From an uncultured Solirubrobacterales bacterium (GTDB lineage: Bacteria; Actinomycetota; Thermoleophilia; Solirubrobacterales; Solirubrobacteraceae), in the NCBI GenBank assembly GCA_963836715.1, contig CAWIKH010000001.1, positions 81,705-145,704 on the forward strand: DNA of 64,000 bases. Direction: 5' to 3'. This document shows, piece after piece, positions 28,925 through 37,818 of this stretch. Both the position numbers and the translations under genes were made by a program. How positions within the stretch are numbered: position 1 is the stretch's first letter; every line of letters begins with the position of its first letter. The notes beneath the pieces were generated by a model that saw nothing but the letters and a program-made list of their open reading frames with translations, was not told the origin of the DNA and made no database searches.

Positions 28925-29053
28925 GGTCGGGCCGGCGCCGGTGCCGGACGGCCAGGCCGAGGTGCGGAGCCGGACGGTCAGGCCGAGGTGCGGAACCGGA
29001 GGCTGATGTCCGCGCCTCGGTCAGGCCGAGGCGCGGAGCCGGAGGCTGATGTC
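28925..29053. repeat. Degenerate tandem copies of the DUF4395 gene 3' end, with a 12-bp hairpin over its stop codon
   Basis: ggtcaggccgaggYgcggaRccggaggctgatgtc at 28976 and 29019, shorter copies at 28950 and 28925; IR tccgcgcctcgg-tcagg-ccgaggcgcgga at 29009-29037. Confidence 0.8.
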
Positions 29054-29511
29054 GGCGCACTTCTCGCACACCGCCGCGGGGACGAGCCCGATGCGCATCA
29101 TGAGGCGAACACGTGGCACCCCAGGCAGATCGCGAAGATCGACTCGAGGCCGGCGGCGACCACGAACAGACCCAGGACCACATCGGCCGCGGTGTGATCG
29201 CCGAGGATCAGGCCGAGCACGAGGGCCGCGGTGGCCATGACCGCCCCCATCCCCTGCGCGAACCGCTTGGGCGGGCCGGGCACGGGCTTCTGGGGGCCGA
29301 GTCGGGGCGCGATCAGGTTCTGGGCCGACCAGCCGAGTGGGCTCAACGTCGGCCCGGTCAGCACCCGCGCCCAGAATCCGTAGGCGAGCGGGATCAGCAG
29401 CCAGTAGGCGCCCGTCATGAGGATCACCAGCACCGTGACCAGCACAACGCCGGCGACGACGCGGGCCGCTTTCTCGTTGACGGGATTCGGAAAAGCGAAC
29501 AACGTCGACAC
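29021..29511 (-). CDS. DUF4395 membrane protein with a frameshift near 29103
   Basis: FPNPVNEKAARVVAG, GPPKRFAQGMG, LESIFAICLGC; C-terminus MRIGLVPAAVCEKCADISLRLRASA lies in the adjacent frame. Confidence 0.8.
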
Positions 29512-29568
29512 GATTTTCAGTATAAGAGACAGAAATTCAGGACATATTAACCTCGGACAGGCCCACTA

Positions 29569-29613
29569 GTACATTTGTCCAGTTTCGATCCTAACAAAAC
29601 TGGACGAATGTAC
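29569..29613. repeat. 17-bp AT-rich inverted repeat (1 mismatch)
   Basis: gtacatttgtccagttt-11 nt-aaactggacgaatgtac. Confidence 0.8.
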
Positions 29614-29645
29614 GATTGTTCGGCGAGACCGTAGTGGGAATGATT

Positions 29646-29805
29646 GCTGCGGGGCCAGGTTTAATCTTGGTTCCCAACATAGGCTCGGGCGAAGCCGCAG
29701 ACATCGGCGCCTCCCGCCGTCCGAGCCACTCTAACCGGCCCTTTCTGGCACGTACCCCTGCCCGTCCCGATTGGGCCAAACCTGGATCGGAAGCCGCCCG
29801 CTGCG
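29646..29805 (+). ncRNA. Candidate structured ncRNA, 6S RNA-like
   Basis: Nested pairings ccaggttt/aaacctgg, ggttcccaa/ttgggcc, ggctcgggcg/cgtccgagcc; followed by an intrinsic terminator; no credible CDS. Confidence 0.55.
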
Positions 29806-29821
29806 AATGCGGGCGGTTTTC
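29791..29821 (+). terminator. Rho-independent terminator
   Basis: gccgcccgc-tgcgaat-gcgggcggt followed by a T run. Confidence 0.75.
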
Positions 29822-29875
29822 GTATTCGGATCCGGCGCGAGCTCGCACGGCCCTCTCGCCCGCCGCCCTGCTCTA

Positions 29876-31540
29876 CTAGGCCAGATTCGAGCGGCGCGGG
29901 TAGGCGATGGTTGGGTCGGTGAGGACGTTGACTAGGGCTGGGCCGCCGCAGGCCAGTGCGCGCTCCAGGGCGGGACGGAGCTCCGCCGGCTTGGACACGA
30001 GCTCGCCGTGGCAGCCGAGCGCCTCCGCGACTAGGTCGTAGCGGGTCTGGGGGCGGAGGTCGGCGGCCACCGAGTAGCCGTAGATCGCCTCCATCGGGTG
30101 CTTCTCGAGTGCCCAGATGCCGTTGTTGCCGACGACCGCGAGCACCGCGACGCCGTGACGGGCGAGGGTGTCGAGCTCCATCCCGGAGAAGCCGAATGCG
30201 CCGTCGCCGAGCAGCAGCACGACCTGACGGTCGGGCCGGGCCAGCTTGGCGGCGAGCGCATACCCGAATCCGCAGCCGAGACAGCCGAGCGGCCCGGGGT
30301 CGAGCCAGCAGCCCGGCTCGAACGAGTCGATCAGCCGGCCGGCGTAGGACACGAAGTCGCCACCGTCGCCGACGACGACCGCGTCGCGGTCGAGCATTCC
30401 GATCAGCTCGCCGTACACCCGCACCGGATGAAGCGGCGCGCGCTCGTCGCCGAGCTCGCCGGCCTCGCCGGCGCGGGTCTCGTCCTCGGTCGCGCGCAGC
30501 GACGCGATCCACGCCTCGCGCCCGGAACCCGCGCCGGAGGTGCCGGTCCCCGCGGCGGCCCGGAGCCGGTCGAGCGTCGCCGGCAGCGCGCCGTAGAGCT
30601 CGGCCGCCAGCTGTCGCGGGGAATCCTGGTCGGGCTCGGCGACGTCGATCGCCACGATCTCCGCGTCCTGCGCGAACGCGGCGCCGAAGCCGAGCCGGAA
30701 GTCGAGCGGCGCCCCGATCACGAGCGCGACGTCGGCTCCCCGCAACCCGGTGCTTCGAGCGCGCGAGAACGCCAGCTCGTGGTCGGCGGGCAGGCAGCCG
30801 CGCGCGAGGCCGTTGAGGAACACCGGGATCCGGAGCTTCTCCGCCAGCGCCCGCAGGGCGTCCTCGCCCCGGCCCCAGTACAGCCCCGCGCCGGCCATGA
30901 TCACCGGGCGCTCGGCGTCGCGGAGCGAGGCGGCGACGCGCTCGATCTCGGGGCCGTCGGCGCCCGGACCGCGCCACGGCTCTCCGAGCGCCGCGGCGGG
31001 CGCGGGCTCGTCGGCCTCGCTGAACACGTAGTCAAGCGGGAAGTCGAGAAACACCGGACCCGAGTGCGGGGTGATCGCGGTCTGCATCGCCTCATCGACC
31101 AGCGCCGGAATCTCGGCCGTCTGGAGCGCGGTGGCGGCGAGCTTTACCAGCGGCCGAACGAACGGCACGTGATCGATCTCCTGGAGCGACCCCTGCCCCC
31201 AGCGGAACTGCGGTGCCCGCCCGCCCATGACCAGGACAGGTGACCGGTTGTGGCTCGCGGACGCAATCGCGCTCATCCCGTTGGTGACGCCGGGTCCGGC
31301 CGTCAGCGCGCACACGCCGACGGTGCGTGTCACCTTGGCCCAGCCCTCGGCGGCGAACGCCGCCGATTGCTCGTGGCGGACGTCGACGATCTCGATCCCC
31401 TCCGCGCGACAGCCGTCGTAGATCGAGAAGAGGTGACCGCCCGACAGCGTGAACAGTTTCGTCACGCCGTGGGCGCGCAGCCGGGCAGCGATCAGCCGCC
31501 CGCCGTGAACCTGGGTGCTCGCCTCGGCGTCCGTCGCCAC
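29876..31540 (-). CDS. ThDP-dependent enzyme (acetolactate synthase/2-hydroxyacyl-CoA lyase-like)
   Basis: [38 protein letters not shown]…GNN. Confidence 0.9.
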   Translation of the reverse strand: MATDAEASTQVHGGRLIAARLRAHGVTKLFTLSGGHLFSIYDGCRAEGIEIVDVRHEQSAAFAAEGWAKVTRTVGVCALTAGPGVTNGMSAIASASHNRSPVLVMGGRAPQFRWGQGSLQEIDHVPFVRPLVKLAATALQTAEIPALVDEAMQTAITPHSGPVFLDFPLDYVFSEADEPAPAAALGEPWRGPGADGPEIERVAASLRDAERPVIMAGAGLYWGRGEDALRALAEKLRIPVFLNGLARGCLPADHELAFSRARSTGLRGADVALVIGAPLDFRLGFGAAFAQDAEIVAIDVAEPDQDSPRQLAAELYGALPATLDRLRAAAGTGTSGAGSGREAWIASLRATEDETRAGEAGELGDERAPLHPVRVYGELIGMLDRDAVVVGDGGDFVSYAGRLIDSFEPGCWLDPGPLGCLGCGFGYALAAKLARPDRQVVLLLGDGAFGFSGMELDTLARHGVAVLAVVGNNGIWALEKHPMEAIYGYSVAADLRPQTRYDLVAEALGCHGELVSKPAELRPALERALACGGPALVNVLTDPTIAYPRRSNLA

Positions 31541-31550
31541 GAACGGGAAG

Positions 31551-32168
31551 CTACAGCGCGTGGGCGCCGAGCAGCGCCGCACCCTCGCTCAGGATGCGTT
31601 CGCCCTCGATGAAGCGCCGGCCGAGCCGGAGCGCGGGCAGCGTCTGGACGCCGCGAGCGTGCAGCCCCCGCGCGGTGGCCCACAGCGGCCGATCGCGCTC
31701 GGGGTCACGCGCCGCGAGCAAACATCCTTCGAGCGAGAGGCCCGCCGATGTGGCGGCGACTGAGAGGATCTCGGGATCCTCGAGGTCGTATCCGCCGCAG
31801 AACGCGAGCCGCGACGCGGCGAGCGCGAAGCTCGCACCGGCGCCGTTCTCGGCGGCGTACGAGGCCGCCCTCAGCGCGTGGCGGGTGTTGGCCGGAAACC
31901 GGTCGGGCCAGACGAGCGGAAGCCGCGCCGCGAGCGCAGCGCGCTCGGCGAGGGCGCGCGTCGCGTCAAACCGGGTCCAGCGAGCGCCACCGTCGAGTCC
32001 CACCGCCGGCGCGGGCACCCACTCGACCTCCCCCAGCGTTCGCTCGACTCGCTCCGCAGCCAGGTAGGAGAAAGGACACGCAACGTCGTAATAGAACGCC
32101 GCGCTCACGCCCCCCCTGGGGCGCGACCGATCGGCTAGCTGATCCTTCAGCTCGATCACTTCACCCAT
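31551..32168 (-). CDS. DsbA-like/2-hydroxychromene-2-carboxylate isomerase family protein
   Basis: [22 protein letters not shown]. Confidence 0.75.
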   Translation of the reverse strand: MGEVIELKDQLADRSRPRGGVSAAFYYDVACPFSYLAAERVERTLGEVEWVPAPAVGLDGGARWTRFDATRALAERAALAARLPLVWPDRFPANTRHALRAASYAAENGAGASFALAASRLAFCGGYDLEDPEILSVAATSAGLSLEGCLLAARDPERDRPLWATARGLHARGVQTLPALRLGRRFIEGERILSEGAALLGAHAL

Positions 32169-32358
32169 GTACCTCAGCAACGCCGCTGCGGACCAAAACT
32201 GACGCAAAGCTCTCTGATGCGTTGTTTCCCTATGAAGCCCCTACCTGACGGGTCGCCCCGCTACTTCAAAATGGGCATTTACCGGGGGCGGGAAACGGCC
32301 CATCGTCCGTTAGACTCGAACTTGGTAGGTACGCACCGTCCACCGGGAGGACTATCCC

Positions 32359-33048
32359 ATTCCGCACGTACCCCCACCGAAACGCCACCCGTACGACCAA
32401 TGGTCGCCAGACGCCAGGGCACTGGATCTGGTCGGCGACAAATGGACGCTGCTGATCGTCCGTGACCTCGCCGCCGGCCCGCGGCGTTTCGTCGAGCTTC
32501 AGCGCGTACTTCCAGGAATCTCGACCGAGCAGCTCCGCTCGCGGTTGAACCGGATGGTTGCCGACGGGATGCTCACCCGTAAGCGCTATCGCGAGGTTCC
32601 GCCGCGCGTGGACTACGAGCTCACCGAGCGAGCACGCGAGCTGATGCCGATCCTCGGAGAGCTCGCCCGGTGGGGCTACGAGTGGGCCTGGAGCCCGCCC
32701 CGCGCCTCCGAGTCGGTCGATATCGGTGCGATCTTCAGGCTCGCTCCGGGACTGATCACTCGCCCCGCCGCCACCGGCACCGTCGAGTTCGGCGTGAACG
32801 AGGCCGACAGGCGAGCCGCCTACGCATTCACGGTGGCGGAGGACTCGGTGTCCGTCGAGGAGCGCTCGATCGACGGCGCGGACGCACTGGTCACCGGCCC
32901 CGCCGGGGCGTGGGTCAAGGCGTTCTCGCCCGAGCGCGACCGCAGCGGGCTCGAGCTCACCGGCGACGTGCAACTTGCCGGCGCGCTGCTGGACGGGCTG
33001 GTCGCCGTGGGTGGGCGCGCGTCGGACCGCGCGCGCTACGCCGCATAA
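32359..33048 (+). CDS. HxlR family regulator with C-terminal SCP2-like domain; probable ATT start
   Basis: ARALDLVGDKWTLLIVRDL, GISTEQLRSRL, PPRVDYELT; no in-frame ATG/GTG/TTG between stop 32326 and 32545; GGGAGG 8 nt before ATT. Confidence 0.8.
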   Translation: MPHVPPPKRHPYDQWSPDARALDLVGDKWTLLIVRDLAAGPRRFVELQRVLPGISTEQLRSRLNRMVADGMLTRKRYREVPPRVDYELTERARELMPILGELARWGYEWAWSPPRASESVDIGAIFRLAPGLITRPAATGTVEFGVNEADRRAAYAFTVAEDSVSVEERSIDGADALVTGPAGAWVKAFSPERDRSGLELTGDVQLAGALLDGLVAVGGRASDRARYAA

Positions 33049-33157
33049 CCGGCGGCCCGCCCTCCGGAGTGCGGCCACCACTAAACGTCCTCCGCGCGCA
33101 CCTGGGGCGTGCCGGCGCCCGCGGTAGCGCCTCTCCAGCCGATACCGTTTAGGCCCC

Positions 33158-33241
33158 GCCCGGGTGGTGGAATTGGTCAGACACGGTCGCCTTAAGAGCG
33201 ATTGCCCCAGCGGCATGAGGGTTCGAGTCCCTCCCCGGGTA
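33158..33241 (+). tRNA. tRNA-Leu (anticodon UAA)
   Basis: Acceptor gcccggg/cccgggt, D-loop GGAATTGG, anticodon stem gtcgc-cTTAAga-gcgat, long variable arm, GTTCGAGTCC. Confidence 0.95.
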
Positions 33242-33374
33242 TCCAGTGGACCGGCGTGTCCCGGGATCGTCCAGGCGGCGTATCCGGGAGCGGTTCTGCA
33301 AGACCGCAACTAATCCGCTGCTACGGTGTCAGTGCCAGCGACGGCCCCTCTTGGTTGGGCTTCAAGCGGTCTGG

Positions 33375-35132
33375 ATGGAAGTCTCAGCGCTCAGATACTC
33401 GGGAGGAATCGGCCTACACGCGCGCTCGCCGCTGCTCAGGCTGCAATCCGACGAACGCCTGGTGAACCTCATCCGCCGGGGTAGCACCGCCGCCTTCGAG
33501 GTGCTGGTCGCGCGCTATCACGCCCGCCTGCTGGCCTTCTGCCGGCACCTGCTCGGGTCCCGCGAGGATGCCGAGGACGTCCTCCAGGAGGTGTTCTCCG
33601 CCGCGTTCAACGCGATGCTCGACGACGACCGGCCGATCAACGTACGGCCTTGGCTGTACCGGATCGCCCGCAACCGCAGCCTCAACCATCTGCGGCGGAT
33701 CCAGGCGGTGGGCGTCGACTCGATGGACATCCACCTGTCCGAGCACGGCACGACCACGGCCGACAAGGTCCACGACCGCGAGGAGTTCCGTCTGCTCGTC
33801 GGCGACATCCAGGGACTTCCCGAGACCCAGCGCACGGCGATCGTGCTGCGCGAGATGGACGCCCTGTCCTACGAGCAGATCGCCGAGGCGATGGAGACGA
33901 CCGTGCCGAGCGTCAAGTCGCTGCTCGTGCGCGCGCGCGTGTCGCTCGCCGAGGCCGCGGAGGCGCGGCTGCTCACGTGCGAGCAGGTGCGGATCGAGCT
34001 GGCCGAGGTCGCCGAGGGCCTGCAGCGGCGGCCCGGGGCGCTCGTGCGCCGGCACCTGCGCTCGTGCGAACGCTGCGAGACCTTCAAGGGCCAGCTCAAC
34101 GAGACGAGCAAGGCGCTGACCGCTGTGCTCCCGGTCGGCGGGTTCGTGCTGCTGCGCAAGCTCGCGATCCTGCACATCGGCCATTCCGCGGGCGCCGGCG
34201 CGGGCTCTGGCGCGTCCGGCGCGACTGCGGCCGGACAGGCGGCGGCCGTCGGAGGCACCGCGGCGGCCGGAGCCACCGCGGTAATGGGGACGACGAGCAC
34301 GGGGTTCCTCTCGGCCAGCATCGGGGCGATCGCGACCAAGGCGGCGGCCGGGCTGGCCGCGGCGGCGCTGGTCACCGCCGGTGCCGTCGAGGTCGAGCAG
34401 CCGGCGCGCCCGCACGTGCATCACCACGCTGCCGCGACCTCCAGCCAGATCGCTTCGGTCCCCAGCCCGGCCACGGTCGCCCACACCGTGACCCAGGCAC
34501 CGCCGGTCCGCCCGAAGATCGAGCACCGCTCCGCTGCGACCACGCAGCACAAGCCGATCGGGAACAAGGCCACCGCCACCACCGCACACAAGCCGCCGGT
34601 CAAGCCTGTCGCCAAGCCTGTCGCCAAGCCTGTCGCCAAGCCTGTCGCCAAGCACGGGCTCGCCACGACCAAGGCGGCGACGAAGGCCAAGACGACCCCG
34701 GCCGTGCCCCCAGGCCGGACCCAGACCCAGACCGACTCGACCGTGCTGGCGGGAGCGACGACCCCGGCCGCCACGACGACTCCGAGCAGCACGAGCACCG
34801 GCTGCCCGGCGGCCAGCTCGGATACCACGACTTCGGCGAGCCCGACACCGTCGACCACGACCACGACCTCGACCACGACCTCGACCGAGGGCACCGACAC
34901 GACGACCACCAGCTCGACGACCCCGACGGGCTCTGACCCGACGACGACCACAAGCGCGGACCCGACCACCACGACGACGAGCCCCGCGACCACGGCTCCC
35001 GCCGCGACGCCCGACTCGTCGTGCTCCACGGATCCGTCGAGCACCAGCTCCTCCTCCGGCGGCGGCGCCAGCTCCAGCTCGGGCACGGCATCCGCCGGCT
35101 CGGCGCTCACGTCGGGCGGCGTCTCGCCTTAG
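33375..35132 (+). CDS. ECF sigma factor fused to a zinc-binding anti-sigma motif, putative TM segment and long K/P/A- and T/S-rich tail
   Basis: DAEDVLQEVF, WLYRIARN, SYEQIAEAM..TVPSVKSLLVRAR; HLRSCERC (HxxxCxxC). Confidence 0.85.
   Translation: MEVSALRYSGGIGLHARSPLLRLQSDERLVNLIRRGSTAAFEVLVARYHARLLAFCRHLLGSREDAEDVLQEVFSAAFNAMLDDDRPINVRPWLYRIARNRSLNHLRRIQAVGVDSMDIHLSEHGTTTADKVHDREEFRLLVGDIQGLPETQRTAIVLREMDALSYEQIAEAMETTVPSVKSLLVRARVSLAEAAEARLLTCEQVRIELAEVAEGLQRRPGALVRRHLRSCERCETFKGQLNETSKALTAVLPVGGFVLLRKLAILHIGHSAGAGAGSGASGATAAGQAAAVGGTAAAGATAVMGTTSTGFLSASIGAIATKAAAGLAAAALVTAGAVEVEQPARPHVHHHAAATSSQIASVPSPATVAHTVTQAPPVRPKIEHRSAATTQHKPIGNKATATTAHKPPVKPVAKPVAKPVAKPVAKHGLATTKAATKAKTTPAVPPGRTQTQTDSTVLAGATTPAATTTPSSTSTGCPAASSDTTTSASPTPSTTTTTSTTTSTEGTDTTTTSSTTPTGSDPTTTTSADPTTTTTSPATTAPAATPDSSCSTDPSSTSSSSGGGASSSSGTASAGSALTSGGVSP
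34601..34653 (+). repeat. 12-bp perfect tandem repeat x4 (KPVA) inside the sigma factor tail
   Basis: caagcctgtcgc x4. Confidence 0.9.
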
Positions 35133-35164
35133 GGCCCGTAGGCCGTCGCGAATAAGCTTCCGGC

Positions 35165-35494
35165 GTGATCGACGCCGGCGAATTCCGAGCGGTTGACATG
35201 CGCGTCGGCCGCGTTGTGTCGGTGGAGGAGTTCCCGGAGGCGCGCGTTCCGGCATGGAAGCTGACGATCGACTTCGGGCCGGAGATCGGGCTCAAGCGCT
35301 CCTCGGCGCAGATCACCCACTACTCGCGCGAGCAGCTCGAGGGCAGCCTCGTGGTGGGCGTGGTCAACCTGGTGCCGCGCCTGATCGCACGGTTCAAGTC
35401 GGAGGTGCTCGTGCTGGGCGCGCTCGACGAGACCGAGGGCGTCGTGCTGCTGCGACCGGACAAGGACGTCGGGGTCGGCTCGAGGATCGCGTAG
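35165..35494 (+). CDS. csaA: tRNA-binding protein/secretion chaperone CsaA
   Basis: VDMRVGRV, KLTIDFGPEIGLKRSSAQIT, SEVLVLG. Confidence 0.9.
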   Translation: MIDAGEFRAVDMRVGRVVSVEEFPEARVPAWKLTIDFGPEIGLKRSSAQITHYSREQLEGSLVVGVVNLVPRLIARFKSEVLVLGALDETEGVVLLRPDKDVGVGSRIA

Positions 35495-35510
35495 CCGGCG
35501 GTTTCGCGGG

Positions 35511-36095
35511 CTACGGCCCGGGCGCGCCACCGATGACGAGCGTCCCGCGCGCCGTGCCATCGACCTCGAGCGCGTAGCGGCCGAGCTTGAGGCCGGTGAG
35601 GACCACCGTGGCGTGGCCGTGGGCGGGAACCGTGAGCGCGCGCGGCGTCGGGGTGCGCAGCATCACGCTGTGTGATCGCCCGTCGCCCGAGACGACCGTG
35701 ATCTGGACCGGGATGTGCGCCGGCGCGGTGATCGTCGGTGGCTTGAGTGAGCCGCCGGGCGCGATCGTGAACGTGGCCGGAATCCGGGCATCCTCCGGGG
35801 GCGCGCCACCGGTGGCGGGCGCACCGGGGTTCGTGGTGGTTTCGGGACCGGTCGGCGGCGTGCCGGTGGCGGTCTCGCCGGTCGTCTGAGTGCCCGTCTG
35901 CGTCGCTGTTCGGGTCGCGCTCTGGGTCGCGCTCCGGGTCGCGCTCGACGTCGCGCTCGACGTCGCGCTCCGGGTCGCCGGCGGGGTCGCGGTGGCGGTC
36001 GTCCTCGTGGTCGACGCACTCCCGGAACGCGACGTTCCACACCCCACCGCGGTGCCGAGTAGCAAAACGCACAAAAGAATCGCCGCTCGTCTCAC
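35511..36095 (-). CDS. Lipoprotein with Thr/Ser-rich 12-bp repeats and a cupredoxin-like beta domain
   Basis: Lipobox AVGC; ATxS x5-7; LKPPTITAP…LTGLKLGRYAL. Confidence 0.7.
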   Translation of the reverse strand: MRRAAILLCVLLLGTAVGCGTSRSGSASTTRTTATATPPATRSATSSATSSATRSATQSATRTATQTGTQTTGETATGTPPTGPETTTNPGAPATGGAPPEDARIPATFTIAPGGSLKPPTITAPAHIPVQITVVSGDGRSHSVMLRTPTPRALTVPAHGHATVVLTGLKLGRYALEVDGTARGTLVIGGAPGP

Positions 36096-36135
36096 GTTTG
36101 CAGGATAAAGGTCGATAAATGGGTCAGATCAGGAG

Positions 36136-36420
36136 ATGGGACAGGGCGCTGGATACTCCGTCAAGAGGCTCGTCGAGTACGACGCGTTTCGACGCCGGGT
36201 GTGGATACTCGGCCAGCGATGCCACCACGGCGCCACCGGCAGCATCGTCACCGTCGCGGCGTTTCTCGCACTCGTCACGGATCCGGTGCCGGTGGTCAAG
36301 CCGCACGTCGGGCCGCGCTCGGTGCTGGCGCTCACAGCCGCCGGCGGCGCCCTGATGATGGCCCACGACTGGAAAGACCGCGCGATCTGGTTCGAGCGCG
36401 GTCGCGGCTCGCAGCTCTGA
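36136..36420 (+). CDS. Small hypothetical membrane protein
   Basis: AGGAG SD; LGQRCHHGATG…LMMAHDWKDR. Confidence 0.65.
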   Translation: MGQGAGYSVKRLVEYDAFRRRVWILGQRCHHGATGSIVTVAAFLALVTDPVPVVKPHVGPRSVLALTAAGGALMMAHDWKDRAIWFERGRGSQL

Positions 36421-36588
36421 CAGGAAAATAGCTGTGATCGCCCGTAGTTACAGTTCCACCAGTTAACGGTGGCGGGCGTGATTTTCAGATTTTCAGTCGC
36501 CCGCGACCGACCGACAGGCCAGCCCAACTAGCCCCGAATAGCTCGCCGCGCGCGGGCCCGAGCGCGCCTCAATAACCTTCGAGCGGCC

Positions 36589-37818
36589 ATGGCCCTTCGC
36601 TGCGCCATCGTCCCGCCGACGCCCGTGCCCTACCGCGAACCGCTATTCCGGTCCCTGCACGAGCGCGACGAGCTCGACATCCGCGTCATCTACCAGTCCG
36701 CCGGCCAGCCGAGCTGGGACGTCCCGCCCGAGTGGTTCCCGCACGAGCACGCCTATCCGGCGGTGCACCTGCGCTCGTGGCAGCGCCGGCGGGCCGGGCG
36801 CACGCCGGTGCTGTGGCCGCGCGGGCTCGAGCGAGCCTTACGCAGCTCCGACCCCGACTGCGTGGTCGTGTCCGAGTACGGGCCCGCGTCGCTGCGGGCG
36901 CTCAACTGGTGTCGCCGGCACAGGCGCGCCTACGTGATCTTCACCGAGTGCACGCCGGAGATCGACTCGATGCTCCCGCGCTGGCAGCTCGGCCTGCACC
37001 GCCGGCTCGCCGGGCAGGCCGACGGGCTGATCGCGGCCAGCTCGGCCGCTCGCGCACGCCTGCTCGCGTTCGGCATCCCCGACGAGCGGATCGCGGTGGC
37101 GCTCCAGGCCGCCGACGCCGAGCCGTTCCGGGCCGCAGCCGCGAAGGCGCCAGCGCACCCCGGCGGCGCACCCGTGCCGGCACCGGGCGCGCCGGTCACA
37201 ATCATCAGCGCCGGCCGGCTCGTCCCCGACAAGAACTTCGCGATGCTGATCGAGGCGTTCGCCAACGCGGGGCTCACCCCGGCAAACGCCGAGCTCGAGA
37301 TTGCCGGCGGCGGCTTCCTCGCGGACCAGCTGAAGCAGCTCGCCACCCGCCTCGAGGTGCCCGTCCGCTGGCACGGCCACCTGCCACCGGAGGCGCTGCC
37401 CGACCTGTACGCAAACGCCGACGTGTACGCGCTGATCTCGACCTACGAGCCGTTCGGCGTGGCGGTACGCGAGGCGGCCGCGGCGGGGCTGCCGATCATC
37501 TGCACCAAGACCGCGGGCGCCGCCGGCGACGTTGCGATCGAGGGCCGCAACGCGCTGCTGGTCAACCCCTATAGCGTCGAGGAGGTTGCCGGCGCGCTCG
37601 AGCGCCTGGTCTCCGACGCGGACCTCCGCCGGCGGATGGGCGACGAGAGCCGGGCGATCGACCACGAGACCGACGGCAGCGAGGTCGAGGCGTTCGCCGA
37701 CGTCGTCGTCAAGGCCGCAGCCCGGCGCGGCCGCGTGCGACCGCCGGGCAACCCGTACGGCAACGGCCGGGCACCCGCCGACTACCGGCCGAGCAAGGCC
37801 GGTAGCACCTCTTCCTGA
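36589..37818 (+). CDS. GT4 glycosyltransferase
   Basis: GRLVPDKN, EPFGVAVREAAAAGLP. Confidence 0.9.
   Translation: MALRCAIVPPTPVPYREPLFRSLHERDELDIRVIYQSAGQPSWDVPPEWFPHEHAYPAVHLRSWQRRRAGRTPVLWPRGLERALRSSDPDCVVVSEYGPASLRALNWCRRHRRAYVIFTECTPEIDSMLPRWQLGLHRRLAGQADGLIAASSAARARLLAFGIPDERIAVALQAADAEPFRAAAAKAPAHPGGAPVPAPGAPVTIISAGRLVPDKNFAMLIEAFANAGLTPANAELEIAGGGFLADQLKQLATRLEVPVRWHGHLPPEALPDLYANADVYALISTYEPFGVAVREAAAAGLPIICTKTAGAAGDVAIEGRNALLVNPYSVEEVAGALERLVSDADLRRRMGDESRAIDHETDGSEVEAFADVVVKAAARRGRVRPPGNPYGNGRAPADYRPSKAGSTSS

Noticed and set aside
29616-29879. 87-aa ORF in the ncRNA region
   Set aside because: Atypical codons (TTA, ATA), runs through a terminator, and has no recognisable motif.
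33050-33400. Integrative element at tRNA-Leu or tRNA-Gln
   Set aside because: No integrase and no duplicated tRNA 3' end seen in the window.
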